Shown: positions 37,202 to 37,725 of the stretch, piece by piece | Layout: each line of letters begins with the position of its first letter | How positions within the stretch are numbered: the stretch's first letter is position 1 | Assembly (NCBI GenBank): GCA_026786145.1 | Contig: JAJAYQ010000214.1 | Location: 1 to 37,725, forward strand | Origin: Spirochaetaceae bacterium | GTDB taxonomy: Bacteria > Actinomycetota > Actinomycetes > JACCUZ01 | Reading direction: 5' to 3' | DNA length: 37,725 nt | The notes under the pieces: generated by a model | What the model was told of the DNA's origin: nothing | Database searches by the model: none | The model's input: the letters and a program-made list of their open reading frames with translations, nothing else | Program-made: the position numbers and the translations under genes

Positions 37202-37725
37202 CTAGCGCACAATCACCCGCTGACGGATCACCGTGTTGCGCCACAGAGCGTCGACGAACGTCAACCGCAACGTGTAGACGCCTCGCGCTAGCTGACGCCC
37301 GGCACGCAACGACACCGTCCCCGACCCGCCGGGAGCGTTGGCTCTTGCGGCGCTGGCGTAGTCGCGGTCCCCGCGGGGTTGGAGCCCGCGAACACTAGTG
37401 GAGGTGGTCCCAGCAGCGAACACGACACGGCAGATCACCTTCACGGTGCCGCGCACGAGCCTCGTCGGCTTGCAGTTGACGACGGCGTTGCGGCCGTTCG
37501 CGCCAGCTGGCCCCTGCGGTCCGACGGCTCCCTGCGGCCCGGTAGCCCCGGCGGCACCGGTGGCGCCTGGTGCTCCGGTTGATCCGGCGGCGCCGGCCGG
37601 GCCGGTCCCCCCAATGGATCCTGCCGGACCAGTCGGGCCGGTGCCCCCGGTCGATCCGGTCGGTCCTGCCGGGCCGGTGCCCCCGGTCGATCCGGTCGGT
37701 CCTGCCGGGCCGGTGCCCCCGGTCG
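37202..37725 (-). CDS. collagen-like (Gly-X-Y) triple-helix repeat protein, 5'-truncated by the window edge
   Basis: The minus-strand frame is open from the window edge to TAG 37202. It reads ...[75 protein letters not shown], then a ~95-aa non-repeat C-terminal domain ([24 protein letters not shown]...YTLRLTF...). The track lists only the part from GTG 37456. Confidence 0.7.
   Translation of the reverse strand, partial: TGGTGPAGPTGSTGGTGPAGPTGSTGGTGPTGPAGSIGGTGPAGAAGSTGAPGATGAAGATGPQGAVGPQGPAGANGRNAVVNCKPTRLVRGTVKVICRVVFAAGTTSTSVRGLQPRGDRDYASAARANAPGGSGTVSLRAGRQLARGVYTLRLTFVDALWRNTVIRQRVIVR
37635..37725. repeat. perfect 36-nt tandem repeat (at least 2.5 copies, continues beyond the window)
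   Basis: GGGCCGGTGCCCCCGGTCGATCCGGTCGGTCCTGCC occupies 37635-37670 and is repeated exactly at 37671-37706. A third copy starts at 37707. It encodes [12 protein letters not shown] on the minus strand. Confidence 0.85.

Noticed and set aside
37635-37725. The perfect 36-nt tandem repeats, considered as a CRISPR array.
   Set aside because: The copies are contiguous with no spacers and lie in-frame within a Gly-X-Y coding sequence.

Overview
This is a 37.7-kb window of very GC-rich, densely coding actinobacterial chromosome. I saw no transposase, integrase, CRISPR array or rRNA. All family calls come from motif recognition by eye. No database search was run.

Content in order:
1. 67-4679: two translationally coupled alpha/beta-hydrolase esterases, an ATP-grasp ligase, and a convergent GCS2 carboxylate-amine ligase. 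No product is assigned to this module.
2. sbcD-sbcC.
3. A SigK-like ECF sigma factor with an RskA-like anti-sigma factor.
4. A minus-strand operon of type III polyketide synthase, ICMT-family methyltransferase and FAD oxidoreductase (alkylresorcinol/srsABC-type). A PAP2_3 membrane protein follows it.
5. A conserved actinobacterial block syntenic with M. tuberculosis Rv1832-Rv1822. It holds a small DUF5999-like protein, gcvP behind a glycine riboswitch, a MerR regulator, a bifunctional nuclease, an FtsR-like MerR regulator, a GarA/OdhI FHA protein, gcvH, DUF881, a small basic protein, a second DUF881, a large NDP-sugar pyrophosphorylase/mutase-like fusion, and a CDP-alcohol phosphatidyltransferase.
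6. A selenium-formate module: selB, selA, tRNA-Sec (selC), divergent selD, a three-subunit formate dehydrogenase, fdhD and mobA. The FDH alpha subunit carries an in-frame UGA (codon 190) followed by a SECIS hairpin, so the ORF track splits it in two.
7. A 5'-truncated collagen-like Gly-X-Y repeat protein built from perfect 36-nt tandem repeats, running off the right edge.

The observations I rate highest:
- The Sec-FDH recoding site.
- An identical 13-nt motif plus N6 plus GTG in front of both selA and selD, in inverted orientation around tRNA-Sec.
- The unassigned esterase/ATP-grasp/GCS2 module.
- The type III PKS operon extended by a PAP2_3 protein, with a coupled 9-codon uORF.
- A singlet-type glycine riboswitch.
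- An FDH catalytic subunit that lacks a Tat signal.
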